64,000 nt of DNA from Eledone cirrhosa (GCA_964016885.1 OZ024743.1:200942001-201006000), one strand, 5' to 3'; positions 39,365 to 53,412 are shown, numbered from the stretch's first letter. Notes: generated by a model from the letters alone, not told the origin. Numbers and translations are program-made.

Positions 39365-40575
39365 ATCATCATCATCACCGTTTTACGTCCGTTCTTCCAC
39401 GCTAGCATGGGTTAGACGGGTTGTCCTGTTGTGGGCAGTGTCTGGTCAGCTGACCATGCCTTGCTCATACAGGAACTGATTTGGCTTGATTTCTACAGCT
39501 GGATGCCATTCCTAACACCAACCTCATTTACAGTGAGTGCTGGGTGCTTTTTCGTGGCGCCTACACGTCCACTTTACAATGTGGGCTGGGTGCTTTTTGC
39601 TGTGGCACCTCCACGACCACCTTGCAGTGGGGGGTGTGGGGGCATATTGTCTATATGCTTCAGCTTGTACCCATGGGAGGTCGGGTACTCTGTATTACTG
39701 CGTGACGCCAGAGGTCACGGTCGTGTGTCATCGCCTTTGAGAGGTGTAATTGGGTAAGGTCGGCTTTTATCACCTCATCCCAGATCATCTTGGGTCTCCC
39801 CACTTCACGGTTTCCATCGACTTCTAGTGCTCTGCACCTTTTTATGCAGCTGTCATCCTTCATACGCATCACATGTCCATACCAACGCAACCACCTCTCC
39901 TGCACACAGCATTTGATTCCTCTTATGCTCAGTCTCTCTCTCAATTCATTTATGCTTTGTTGTTAGCGTATTACACATCCATCGGAGCATGCAGGCTTCG
40001 TTTCTCTCTAATCTATGTAAGTCTTCCACCTTCAGTGCCCAGGTCTCACTACCATGCAACATCGCTGTTCGAATACACGCATCATACAGTCTGCCTTTCA
40101 TTTTGAGGGAGAAGCCTTTTGCAGCTAGCAGTGGTAGTAGTTCCCTAAAGTTCTTCCATCCCATTCTTACCCTAGTTATTGTACTTTCTGAACACCCACC
40201 TCCGCTGCTAATTCGGTCACCTAGGTTTGCAGAAGCTGTCTACTGTTTCTACAGAGCCCTCCCAGAGATTGGTGGTACTTGTTTCCTGTGGCTGTCTGCT
40301 GCTTGCTGTCCCAGCACAGCTGCTGCATGTGAAGCCTACATTCTTAATTAAGCTTCCTGAGATCTCGCTACATCTCTTGTGTACCCATTGTTTGCATTTG
40401 GGGCAGAGAATGGAGTTCCTACCTACACCTTTCCTACATACTGAGCAAGGCCATTTCCCTGAGGGGATCTGGGTTCTGTCTTCTCGTCTACTTACAAGGA
40501 CCTTAGTCTTTGTCATGTTGACTTTGAGACCCTTTCTTTCTAGTCCCTGCTTCCAAGTTTGGAATTTCTTCTCTA

Positions 40576-40576
<1 letters not shown>
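39365..40576 (-). mobile_element. 5'-truncated RTE-clade LINE, frameshifted, with 3' UTR and (GAT)n tail
   Basis: [46 protein letters not shown] and GRP..W motifs across three frames. Confidence 0.88.
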
Positions 40577-40623
<47 letters not shown>

Positions 40624-40678
40624 GTATATATAACAAACATAGATGCATATAAATCATATATGTTACATGCATAAATAT

Positions 40679-40734
<56 letters not shown>

Positions 40735-40811
40735 ATGATGATGATATATATATATATATATGATGATGATATGATATATATATATATATATGATGATGAT
40801 GATGATGATGA

Positions 40812-40891
<80 letters not shown>

Positions 40892-40921
40892 ATATATTCA
40901 ATATTAAGGCTAAAAAGTGAG

Positions 40922-40967
40922 TCTTGTTACTCTGGAGTTTATCCTATCCCAAGGTCATCAGACAAGA
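40922..40967 (-). ncRNA. Hammerhead motif with one core substitution (GAAA to TAAA)
   Basis: tcttgt-CTGATGA-cct-tgggat-agg-a-TAAA-ctc-ca-gag-TA-acaaga, with a perfect 6-bp stem I. Confidence 0.6.
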
Positions 40968-41028
40968 ACTCTACTTCGGTATTGAGTACTCCTTTCTCTC
41001 AGCAGTCAATCACTTGATATATATATAT

Positions 41029-41029
<1 letters not shown>

Positions 41030-41060
<31 letters not shown>

Positions 41061-41345
41061 TTTACGTCCGCTTTTCCCTGCTTGCAAGGGTGGGACGGGA
41101 ACTGATTCTGGCTTGATTTCTACAGCTGGGTGCCCTTCCTAACACCAACCTCATTTACAGTGAGTGCTGGGTGCTTTTTTGCCGTGGCACCTCCACGACC
41201 ACTTTGCAGTGGAATGATAGGGACCCCAGTCGCTATCATCTCATTTCTACAGCTGAGTAAACTGGAGCAACGTGAAATAAAGTGTCTTGCTCAAGGAAAC
41301 AACACATCACCCGGTCTGAGAATTGAACTCACAACCTTTCGATTA
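41030..41345 (-). mobile_element. SINE, same family as 15078-15415
   Basis: Near-identical reverse complement. Confidence 0.85.
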
Positions 41346-41389
41346 CTACTATATATATAGAGAGGGAAATATAGATAGATAGATATAAA

Positions 41390-41672
41390 ACTGGCACTCC
41401 ATTGGTTATGATGATGAATGTTTCAGTTGATATGATCAACAGATCAGCCTGCTCATGAAATTAATGTGCAAGTGTTCTCAGGGAGATTCAGTGTGACACA
41501 GAATGTAACAAGGCTGAGCCTTCAAATTATGGGTTTTTTGCATTTTTGCCAGCTGAGTAGACTGGAACAATGTAAAATAAAGTGTCTTACTCAAGGATAT
41601 GTGCTGTTCAGATTTGAACTCATGATCTTACGATCGTGAGCTGAATAGCCTAGCCACAACGCTAGACACTTT
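41390..41672 (-). mobile_element. CORE-like SINE, tail type 4 (related copy at 52450-52685 +)
   Basis: Shared cactcagctggcaaaa...cacattct.tgtcac.ctg.atctc..tgagaac...atttca.gagcaggctg. Confidence 0.7.
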
Positions 41673-41677
41673 CATTA

Positions 41678-41870
41678 TATAAGTAGTTCAGATTAAAGTT
41701 TATGCAAAGAATTTCTGCTCTCACCCTAAGTGGGATCTTCTGAAGATCTAACTTAGTGTGAAAACAGAAATTCTTTGCTCAAACTTTAATCTGTACTTAT
41801 AATAAATATTTGCTTTAATGGTTTATATATACTTATATATTTATACAATCCTTATCAAGCACTCTTCGGA
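41678..41870. mobile_element. Imperfect fold-back element with CTGAAGA...GAAA at the hairpin apex
   Basis: cagattaaagttt..gcaaagaatttctg / cagaaattctttgc..aaactttaatctg; gagtgct on the minus strand at 41858-41864. Confidence 0.5.
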
Positions 41871-41939
41871 TTTTGGTCTTTTTATTTATTACTATTATTA
41901 TTACTATATATATATATATATATATACAGTATATATATA

Positions 41940-42260
41940 TAATATAAAAAGAAAAATCAGTGATGCATCTGAAATCAATTTATTGTGTGTTACAATTGTT
42001 TCGCCGGCGGACAGCTCGAGGCACGATCATTGTATGGATCTTGTCTGACTCTGCACCTGTGGGCTCATCGGACACGTCAAATGCTTTTGGAGCAAATTCT
42101 TTCACTGAGCTGTCCGCCGGCAAAACAATTGTAACACACAATAAATTGATTTCAGATGCATCACTGATTTTTCGTTTTATATTATACCATACTCTGCTCT
42201 GTAAGAGCATAGAGTGCTCAACCGGCATGCCGCCTATGGAAGCATCTTAGCTACCATCAG
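41940..42260. mobile_element. Fold-back element (~78-bp arms) with long-stem-II hammerhead-like motif on the minus strand (~41985-42076)
   Basis: Arms 41940-42017 and 42106-42184. Minus strand gtgt-CCGATGA-gcc...ggc-GAAA-CAATTG-TA-acac. Tail gagtgct at 42212. Confidence 0.65.
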
Positions 42261-42303
<43 letters not shown>

Positions 42304-42413
42304 CTGGCTGAACAATGGATATGCTAATATGCAAATCAGGCCAATCAGTCACTGTATATTTTAGAAAATATCATATATTTTCACTAGCTCTGACAGTTGG
42401 CAGGTGAACAGTA

Positions 42414-42462
42414 AACTGCACTGATGAAGGGTAATCATCCAGAAACATTAGTGTTTGCAGTT
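42414..42462 (+). ncRNA. Type I hammerhead ribozyme
   Basis: aactgca-CTGATGA-a-gggt-aatc-atcc-a-GAAAC-attagt-GTT-tgcagtt, with a perfect 7-bp stem I. Confidence 0.75.
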
Positions 42463-43035
42463 CTGTTTACATGCCAACACAAGAGCAAGAATGAGGGGCC
42501 CATTCTACTGACATGGCTTAAAAGAGGCTGTTTGCATAATTGCAAACAAACTGAATATTATTATTAATATTCGAAAAACTCAGATTACATTTACATATAT
42601 ATAAACTTCAGAAACGTAACAAAGAGAGGACAAGACATTGAATGAAAAACAAACTTTTTTTAAGAGGAAACCTTAAAAACATATTTCTTAAATAATAAAA
42701 TTACAAACAAAGGACACATAACGCCAAGGTCATCAGCCCTTGAAGTGGACTATGCCACTTTTGAGCCCTACCAATGGTAATGTTGACCCACCTGGGGTCA
42801 CAGCCCCTGACACAACCCAAATGTTGTCCAGTGGAGTAAAAAGCGAGAGACAAAACATTAATTTATAGCAATTAAGCTTCAAGTACACATATAATTTTAG
42901 GTGACACCTGGGAAAAAGTGTGCTGCTTCTTATAGCACGAGATAAATGAAAGGAAAAAAAAAAGAAAGGAAGAACAAAAAGCAAGGAGAAAGTAAAATAC
43001 CTTGTTAAAAATGTGTAAGTCATTGCAATAAATGG

Positions 43036-43119
<84 letters not shown>

Positions 43120-44209
43120 GTATATATACAACTTTGCATTTATACTTTTCTTGTCTATTTATCTATATGTATTCAATGTCCAAATATAAAGAGCATAAAG
43201 GAAAGTGTTGTACTTACAGTGCAGAGAGTTTGGTCATCAGCTTCAATTTAAGGAGCTTGTCAAATTTTCAAGATTTTTATACCAGAAATCTGGAAATAAA
43301 TATATAGACAATAAATTGATAGATAGATAGAAAGATAGATAGATATAGAGAAAGAATGAGCAAATGCTGTTGTTACCCATATACACACACACACATATAA
43401 TGTATATATATATATATATATCATCATCATTTTATGTCCCCTTTTCCCTACTTGCAAGGGTGCGACACATATATATATAATTTCTGTTAGACAATGAAAA
43501 GGCAATGATTATAGCATAAGCCATCTTCCAGAATATTATTGTTTAAAAGAAAAACAAGAGAAACATCATTAAATAGAGGGAATTTCCTTAAAATAGTATA
43601 AAATATAGAATATAGGAAAGTAATGGGTAAACTTCAAAAAATTTAATATAAAAACAAAAATAAAATGTAAAAAAAAATATCTATATACACATTTATAAAT
43701 TAGTGAAGGCTTGTGGCTGAGTGGTTAGAGAATTGGATTTGCAATTGTGAGTTTGTGAGTTCGATTTCCAGACCAGGCAATGAGTTATGTCTTTGAGCAA
43801 AACACTTTATTTCACGTTGCTCCTTCTGCATGGATTTGTGACCGGTAGATAGTATTAGCAATTGGAAAGACCAATGGAAACATTGTTTCCTCGGTCCTAT
43901 TTGATAAGCTCCATCCCACTGGTTAAGCGAATGAGGTGTGGGATCTGGTTAATTGTTATTATAAATAAAAAGAAATAGGATTTCGCTTCAAGCATAGCTT
44001 TATTCAAATATGTATAGAAATTTCGTATTTCTAAAGAAACATGGTTTTAGAAAGCCTTAGCTATGCAAACACCAGGGCTAACACCCTCTGGTGGTTTCCG
44101 GCAGAAGCAAGGGTGACAAATAAATATATAGACAATAAATTGATAGATAGATATAGAGAAAGGATGAGCAAATGCTGTTGTTATCCATATACAGTATATA
44201 CACACATAT

Positions 44210-44400
44210 AATTGTTTCTACTTTTGGCACCAGGCCAGCAATTATCCCAGTGCATTACTGGTACTTTATTTTATCAACCCCATAAGGATGAAAGGCAAAG
44301 TTAACTTCGGTGGGATTTGAACTCAGATCATAAAGGGAGGTAACTCTATGCTTCAAAGCATGGCGCCCGACCTTCTACCGATACTGCTAATCAACCGCCC
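44210..44400 (-). mobile_element. SINE family 2 copy (others at 48075-48262 + and 57761-57952 +)
   Basis: Homologous to 20810-21000. Confidence 0.8.
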
Positions 44401-46509
44401 TATATACACACATATAATGTATATATATATATATATGTCATCATCATTTTACGTCCACTTTTCCCTACTTGCAAATTCTTTTACTGGTTTTAGTTATTGG
44501 AGTTTCCAATGTATGAACCACTACATTTGTTATGTTATATTTTACACTACACCTGATCACAGGAATATGTCTGCATTGTTAATGGGGCAGTTAGTAAGTT
44601 TACTTATATTATTGCTGTGGGTGCATCGGTCTTTGGACAAGAACTTCCATGTTGTAGGCATGTGGTCACAGTTAGTCGATCCATTTCAGTTTGATATATA
44701 TTATCAATCTCTGTTTATAAAATATTCTAATACTCTAATTTACCCTGGTACAGACACACACACACACACATATATGCGGCCTTAACTCCTGGTAGATTTG
44801 TAAATGTGCCTTAGCACTACTTCTTCACAGTCAGCCTATGAATTATTTAGCCAACCCTTGTATATGTATTATATATATATATATATATATACACATATAT
44901 ATATATAGAGAGAGAGATAGAAAAACACCTTTTCTTTTATAATATAGAGTAAGAAAAGGCTTAAAGACACCAGAATTAGCACTATTTTTTAATGGATTAA
45001 TCAGCGGAGAAAGGACATTTTCTATAATCCTTCTTGTGACTTCTGTGACAGTTGAAAAAAAAACTATCCTCAGGCCAGAAACCTAACTCAAATAACTCTG
45101 ATAAATTTACCTGAGGGCCAGGTGAAAAAAAATGAAAAGTGAAATTTATAGCCCATCTCTATACAGAGTTAGCTGGCCTCCTATGAGTTTGTGTTTCATA
45201 GGAGGTTTCTTATGTGTTTTAATGATAGGGCCAAAATCTTATAATGTCAAATGAAGCATTTTACTCATGAACACAACATTCCAGCTGATCTAGGAATCAA
45301 ACCTATGACTTTATGCTCATGAATCTAATATCCTAGCCACTAGGACATATGCCTTCACCAAGAGCCAGGTGCAGTTGAATTAAGTCAGATGACTTATTAA
45401 TTCTAACACCCGAAAGTCTAAGAGTATATTAATCATATCATATAAGCCTAAATATTAATTACTGATGCTATCAGAATTTGAACCTTGAACTATTAATCTT
45501 TATAGTGTCTAGTATTTAGGTCTTACTTATAGAAGTAATATCAGAGATTTAAAAAAGCAAAATAGAACAATACAGAATCTAAAATTGATTAAAAAAAAGT
45601 TGTTAAATTTCATAGTAATGTGTCATGTTTTAAATGTTTATAGCTATCAACTTCATAAAATCTACAAGAAACATGTCAGTTTTAGTTTGAAGGGGTCAGT
45701 TTATATGATAAAGATTTTAAGTTTGGAGAGTGGGTCAGTTCATCTATTATTGTTAATTTTTTGTCTATAATTTGAAATCAGTCATATATTATTTATGATA
45801 TGACTGACTCACTACTACTTGTAGATAAGAACAATTTCAATTATGAAGTCATTTATAGAAATTTCAACAAAAGTGTCTTGAAGCAGCTAATTCTGATCCT
45901 CAGTCAAGCAGACTGAGGTAAGTAAATCAATACATTCTGCTCAGGAATAAAATACATCAGGGATGGATAGGGCTCATAATAATTTTTCAGAACCGTTGAG
46001 ACTAATGAAAAAGAGAGAGCGAGTTTTTTGTGTAAAGGCTGGCAGCAAAGAAGGCTCTGAAATGACACACGTAGTGCTAGGTGGTACTGTTAACCCATTG
46101 GCATTTAAACCGGCTGCATCCAGCCTGAATTCTCTCTCCTCTTTCTGTTCAAACTAACTGTAACCGGCCACTCATACTGATGTTAAGGTATTGTTCTCAA
46201 AATAAATAATATCAAAATCTCATAGTTTTGATATTATGTGAGATAATTAAGTGAGGTAAACCCTTTACCGTGAAAATATATTAGTAAATATAGAGTTATG
46301 TAAATGTTAAAGTATTAAACAAGTGTTGAACAAGTCTGTAGAGTTAGCTTTGAATAGAAGGTGGGATTTGAACTCAGAACACAAAGAACCAGAATAAATA
46401 CCTCAATGGTCAAACAATCCCAGCAATCCACCACACTGGATTCTTACTTTATTTTATCAACCCCAAGAGGATGAAGTCAAATTTAACCTTGGTAGGATTT
46501 GAACTAAGA

Positions 46510-47065
46510 CAGAGGTTCTCAAATTGGGTGCCAACCTTTGAGAGGGTCTAGTAGGGTGCTGGGGCCTAATGGAGCAGCAGAGGTGGTGGTAGAGATGATA
46601 TATTAACCCTTTAGCATTTACATTACTCTATATATAGTATTATATTTTCACAGTAAAAACGTTGCCTCACTTAATTATCTCACATAATATCGAATCTATG
46701 AGATTCTGATATTATTTATTTTGAGAACAATACCTTATCCTCAGTATGAGTGGCCTGTTATGGCCAGTTTGAACAGAAAGAGGTGAGAGAATTCTGGCTG
46801 GATACAGCCGGTTTAAATGCTAAAGGGTTAATATATTGAATATCAAATGATACATAAACATAGTAAAATAAAAAATATATATTTATTTATGCATAGTATA
46901 TATTATATTATTTATTATATACAAATTAACGATTTTATTTATTATATATTATTTATGATTTGCATGTAGGCAGGTCTCTCTGAAAATAGGGTTGGGGGGG
47001 GGGAGCGCTGGGGGTATTACATGGGCATGAGGGGGACAGTGGTCCAAAACGTTTGAGAAGCTCTG
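46510..47065. mobile_element. hAT-like MITE with 8-bp target-site duplication
   Basis: TIRs cagaggttctcaaa / tttgagaagctctg. AACTAAGA is duplicated at 46502-46509 and 47066-47073. Confidence 0.85.
46603..46831. mobile_element. piggyBac-like MITE with TTAA duplication
   Basis: TTAA-ccctttagcattta ... taaatgctaaaggg-TTAA (14-bp perfect TIR). Confidence 0.85.
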
Positions 47066-48469
47066 AACTAAGAACACAGATATCCAAAACAAATACTGCA
47101 AGGTATTTCTGTCCTATGCTCTAACGACTCAGCCAATTTGCTAACTGTACTACTTGCAATATAGCTTGAACTCATGATTATAGTTTTAGCAGTTTAACAC
47201 CTTAACCACACAGCTTGTACTTCCTTTACAGCCACTTGTAACATTGTTATCTTTGTATTGTTTCTATGGCAACTAGCAGAAATCTTAATTTTCACAATAG
47301 ATAAGATATATGTACTATGTATATTTACATCATATCTGTTGTACTTCTTCATCCTGAATGTAAATATTGAGTGTTGGGTCTTTGTGTTTTCTTAACATAA
47401 AATGTGTATGTGTGGTGTGTGGGGAGGAGGTTGAGGGTGAGACAAAGAGGAACAGAGGGAGGGAGAAAGGCTGAGGGAGAGTGTGATGAAAGACAATGAT
47501 GGTTTGTAGAAAGATGGTGGTGGCATTGTATGATGGTGGTGATGGTGATGGTGCCAATGATGATGATAGTGATTGTGATGGTGATGATAGTAAGAGTAAT
47601 GATGATGATGATGTTGATGATGGAAAACACTTTTGCTGGGGTGAAGACAAGAAAAAATTATGTACGGAAGAGAAAAACGGACAGTAAAAGAAATGTAAAA
47701 GAAATACTGATATATATATATATCCACAGTCAATTTACTTTTGTCAAATCGGACCGAGAAAACAATGTTTTTGTTGATCTTTCCAATTGCTAATACTCTC
47801 TATCGGTCGCAGCTCCAGGTAGAAGGAGTAACGTGAAATAAAGTGTCTTGCTCAAGGACATAATGCATCGCCCGGTCCGAAAATCGAACTCACAACCTCA
47901 CAATTGCGAATCCAATTCTCTAACCACTCAATCACATACCTTCACAATATATATATATTGCTCATACAGATATATATATATATCTGTATGATAATTATTT
48001 CTGATTTAGGTACAAGGTCAACAATTTTGGGGAAGGGAAAATCGATTAATATGACCCAAATGCATTATTAGTACGGTGGATTGGCAGTATCGGAGGAGGG
48101 TCAGATGCCATGCTTTGCAGCATAGAGTTATGGCTCTTTATGGTCTGAGTTCAAATCCCGTCGAGGTTAACTTTGCCTTTCATCCTTACGGGGTCAATAA
48201 AATAAAGCACCAGTAATGCACTGGGATAATTGCTGGCCTAGTGTTAAAAGTAGAAACAATTATTAGTACTTTATTTTATGGACCCCAATAAGGATGAACA
48301 GCAAAACTAACATTGGAGAGATTTGAACTCAGAATGAAAAAGGACATGTTTATATGCTTCAAAGCATGTTGACCAATGCTCTACTGATATTACCAATCCA
48401 CAGCAATTTTGAAGGGTGGAGGAAATTGCTAGCTATGATCACGAATCTTGGGTAATGTCCAAAAGAATA

Positions 48470-48880
48470 CAATTGTGAATTCTAGCAGCTGAAATGGGCT
48501 TCCTCCAAAGGGTCCTTGGAGTAATGTTACTCAATAAAATGCGTAGCTCAGAGATCAGAGAGTCACTCCAGGTAGAGTTGCTACTTCTCCAAATTAAGAG
48601 ATCACTGCTCTGATATTATGGGCATGTGGTTAGACTGTCTTGGGAAAGAATTGCAGGACAGATTTTAAGGGCAAAACCAACCGGCAGAAGATCCAGGGGC
48701 AGACCCCAAGCAAATTGGTTGGATAACATCCATGAGCTTGGTTGGTCTTGCCTGGGAATCCAACCGGATCAGTTAGAGATGGTTGCTTTTGACAGGACCC
48801 ATTAGAAGGTGTGTTTGAGGATTCTGACCCCACGACCCTCTCACGAATAAGTGGGTGAAGAAGAATAAAAGAGAAGAATG
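48470..48880 (+). pseudogene. Decayed RTE-like LINE 3' fragment
   Basis: gaaatgggcttcctcc, tatgggcatgtggttagactg (YGHVVRL), ggcagaccc (GRP) and a gaagaa-type tail. Confidence 0.5.
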
Positions 48881-49699
48881 GTGAAATTGTTTAATTTCTG
48901 GATGGATACTTTATTTTATTGATACCCCGCACCCCAGATGGATAAAAGACAATGTTGTCCTTGGTAAGATTTGAACACAGAATATAAAGAACCAGAAGAA
49001 ATACCACAAAGAACTTTGTCCGATGTATTAACAGTTCTGAACTTCATTTATTTAGCCACAAAGGGAAATTGCATATAATGTCATTAATAAATAAAGTTAC
49101 ATGGAATGTTAAAAAAATAGAATAAAAAAAATAACATGTGAAAATGAATAATACAAAATTATACAAAAATAGGGAGCTAGTGGGCAGGAACACTGTACAA
49201 AGAAGACCTAAATTATTACTGTAGAAATCAAGCCCAAATCTGTTCTGTATGAGAAAGACATGGTCACCTGACCTGGCATTGCCCACAACAGGACAACTCG
49301 TCTAACCCATGTTAGCATGGAAGAATGGACATAAAACAATGATGATGTTGATGATGATGATGATGATGATGACTCAAATATAAGCTGACCGCTATTCTAT
49401 ATCTGAGAAATGGGCAAAAATCCAAACCCCTTTATAAGCCGAGGCAACTAATCAACACATTATATTTAGATGGTGTGGTTTTGAAATTCTCACGAGTATA
49501 ACAAATATTTATGAAGTTTTAATATTTTGATGTTCAAAATGTTTTAAGTGTTGTTTAGAGTAAAGCTTTTGTTTCACAACTACATTACGTTAAGTTTGAA
49601 CAAATTTATTAAAATTTTGTTTACTTCCAGACACCCACATGTTAGGAGTACTTTGAAAGCAAACGATCGAATAAGAGAACTTTGTATAGGGATTCATAA

Positions 49700-49743
<44 letters not shown>

Positions 49744-49816
49744 GGAGATAGAGAGTGAGAGCAATACAATCAAATCAAAAGTAAGACTGAAAGAAAAAAT
49801 GTCAGAGAAAAACATG

Positions 49817-49855
<39 letters not shown>

Positions 49856-50809
49856 ATGTGTGTATATGTGAGTTGGCATGAGAATATAGAATATTTATGT
49901 ATTAAAAAGTTCAAATTATAAAAATTTGTTGGTAATATTTTCAAGGGATTGCATTAATATCAGCAACAATGATGTAACAAATGTAGAAAAACAGCATTTC
50001 ATTGCAAAATAATCATTATATCGATCCCAATACATTACTGGTACTTTATTTTATCGGTCCTGGGAGAATGAAAGGCAAAATTGGTCCCATCAGATTTTTA
50101 ACTCAATAATACTAATACTAATTTGAAAATGATGTTAATGAGAGCAAACTTCAGGTTTTACCACATTACTTTCACATCAAGGCTACGTTGGAATAAATTA
50201 CTGTGGGAAACTCCTGTCTCGCCACCTCCACACATGTTATTGTGCACCTCATATCACCCATACACTAATTTGTTTACAGTTTGTAGTTGATCATTGCTGT
50301 TGTTGTATCAAAGTGAGGCATAAAAATGTTTGAGATATTGAGTTGAAACATGGGGTACAAAAAGTTAGAAACCAGTGCTTTACTGTGAAAATACAATAGT
50401 GTATATAGAGTAATATAAATGCTAAAGGGTTAAGGTTAACTAGGCCCACCTGGAGTGCAGATCTGTTAGGGACACATTACTGAACTTTGAAGAATCAAAT
50501 ATAATAATTTCCTAAGCTTAATAAATAAATCACTATATATCCTTGCCACATAAGCAGCACTGAAGAAATACATAAAGCAGTGGCGAGAGAGTCATATAAT
50601 GTTATGAACTGTGACATGATTTGGTGTAAATGAGTGTCGAGTGTGTAGTGGGAAAAATAGGCTTGATGATTTTCTTAGTCTGCTCAGAGCTAGAAGCATG
50701 AAAAACTATAGTCATCAGCTTACCAAACTGAAAGTTGAAATTATTTAATTTAGGGGAATTGGTTAGATAGCTGAAAGAATGGGGGCTCAGATAACCAGGA
50801 AAAGGATGA

Positions 50810-51435
50810 GCACATTGTAGAGATTGCCTATGGTGCTAAGTACCAAAGTGCACATTGTAGAGCTAACGTAGGGTGCTAATTACCTAGGTGCACATTGTAG
50901 AGCTAACCTAGGGTGCTAAATACCCACACAAACACTGTAGAGCTAGTCAAGGGTGCTAAATATGCACATGTACACATTATAAAGCTAGGTTGCTAAGTAC
51001 CTAGGGTGCTAAGTACCTAGGTGCACATTATAAAGCTAGACAAGAGTACAAAAATACCGAGACACACATTGTAGAGCTATCTCGGTGTGCTAAAGGTAGC
51101 TACATGCCCAAGTACATATTACAGAGCTATCCTAGATAGCTAAATACCCAGGCACACATTGTTGAGCTAGCCTAAGGCGTTAAATACCCAGATACACATT
51201 GTACAGCTACCCTAGGTAGGTAAATACCCAGGCACACATTGTAGAGCTAGACAAGTGTGGTAAATACCCAGGTAGATATTGTACAGCTAGCCTAGGGTGC
51301 TAAATACCCTGGTACACATTGTAGAGCTAGCCAAGTGTTGTAAATACCCAGGTACATATTTTACAGCTAGCCTAGGGTGCTAAATACTCAGGTACATATT
51401 GTAGAGCTGGCCAAGTGTGGTAAATACCCAGGTGC
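50810..51435. repeat. ~39-bp minisatellite, about 15 diverged copies
   Basis: Consensus cacattgtagagctagcctagggtgctaaatacccagg(t). Confidence 0.85.
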
Positions 51436-53320
51436 TGATTCTGCTTACATGGATTACTATGAATAAATAGGAACTCAATTAAATAAAAGTATGTTATTGT
51501 TTGTTAATTTTTTTATATATAATTCAGAAAACATGTGGTGGTAGTGTTTGTTCTTACAAAGAATTACAATAAAATCAACTAAAGCAAAACAATCTATAAA
51601 ATGTCAAATATCATATAGTTGCAGGTATGGTTGGCTCTGTGGTTAAGGTGCTTATTTTGCAAACCATGTGGCTTTGGGTTCAGTACCACTGTATATTCAT
51701 AGTTGTGCTTTTCATAGTTCGGTACAACGATGAACATACTCATGTATCGACATCATCATCATCACTGTTTAACATCGATTTTCCATGCTAGCATGGGTTA
51801 GATGAGCTGTCCCATTTTGCAACAATATATATATATATATATATATCACCAAGACCTGGGCTGAGGTAGTGATAGCTAATCTCAAATCATTGAAGCTTTC
51901 AGAGGAGATGACTGCAACAAGTGGAAGGATACTATGTTGAAAAGGACCTGTCCAGCACATGGAAAAAATGAGGATGTTGATTTGTGTGTCTGTGTATGTA
52001 CAGGTGTGTGTGTCTGTGTGTCTGTGTGTCTGTGTGTCCGTGTCTATGTGTGTTCATGTGACCATGTCTGTGTTTACATTTACTGTTTATGCCTCGTAAG
52101 CAAGTAGAAGACAGAGATCAATAAAATAAGTACTTGAAAAACGATACAACTTTAAAATAAAATTAAGTAATGGGACTGGTATGATCAACTAAAACCCTTG
52201 AGGGTGGTACCCCAGCATGGCCATAGTACAACAAATTAGTAAAAGTATATAAAATAGTACAACAAATTAATAAAAGTATATAAAATATTAGAATATTAAA
52301 AAAACATCTAGAACAACAAATAAATACAATTAAAAATAACAACAACAATGACAACAATAACTTGGTGATCCAGAATGGTCACAGTCTAATTAATTAAATG
52401 AATTAAAAAAATAATAATATAGGTTTGAAAAAGGTAAGTATGTTGTGTTATTGAGCAAGACATTTTATTTCACATTGCTCCAGTCCACTCAGCTGGCAAA
52501 AGTGAGTTGTACCTGTAGTTCGAATGGCCAGCCTTATCACATTCTATGTCACGCTGTATCTCCTTGAGAACTACATTAAGTGTAAGCATATCTGTGGAAT
52601 GCTCAGCCACTTGAATCTTAATTTCACGAGCAGGCTGTTCCGTTGATCGGACCAACTGGAACACTCGTTGTAACTGATGGGGTGCCTCAATGTAGAGGAG
52701 AGAAAGGAGGTGGAAAACTATTTAAACTGGTTGTATCCGGCCAGAATTCTCTCACCTCTCTCTTTTCAAACTGGCTGTAACTGGCCACTCATACTGATGT
52801 TAAGGTAATGTTCTCAAAATAAATAACATTAAAATCTCATAGATTTGATATTAGGTGAGATATTATGTGAGGTAAACCCTTTACCATGAACATATATTAG
52901 TAATATAGAGTAATGTAAATACTAAAGGGTTAAGACACACAACAAAAATTAAAATAACAAAACTAATCTAATGACTGAAACAAACCAAATAATAAAAAGA
53001 TATAATTAAAAAATAAAATGGAAAAAAAACAACTAATTACAAACATGGAAGTGCCCCAGTGTGAACAGATAAGCAATAAACAACCAACAAACATACAAAA
53101 TAATAGACAAACAAATAAACTTATTAATTGATTTTTTTCACCATTCAATTATTTTCAGATAGTTTTTGGTAACGATGCTTAACGAATGTAAATTTCCTTT
53201 CTCAGTAAGTACTCCGTTTTGTTGTCATTGGTGGTGTTGTTATTGTTATTGTTGTTGTTTTTTAGTGGCTGAGGAGAGGGGATCAAGAGGAGAAGGAAGA
53301 GGAGCAGACTTAGTAAGTAT

Positions 53321-53364
<44 letters not shown>

Positions 53365-53412
53365 TGTATTATGTATGTCTGTATATATATATATGTATAT
53401 ATATGTGTATAA

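Noticed and set aside
42720-42810. CTGATGA on the minus strand near hairpins (hammerhead or SECIS)
   Set aside because: No GAAA/stem III downstream and no paired AUGA/GA quartet.
50810-51435. CRISPR-like spacing of ~39-bp units
   Set aside because: Units are contiguous diverged repeats without unique spacers; no cas genes; eukaryotic context.
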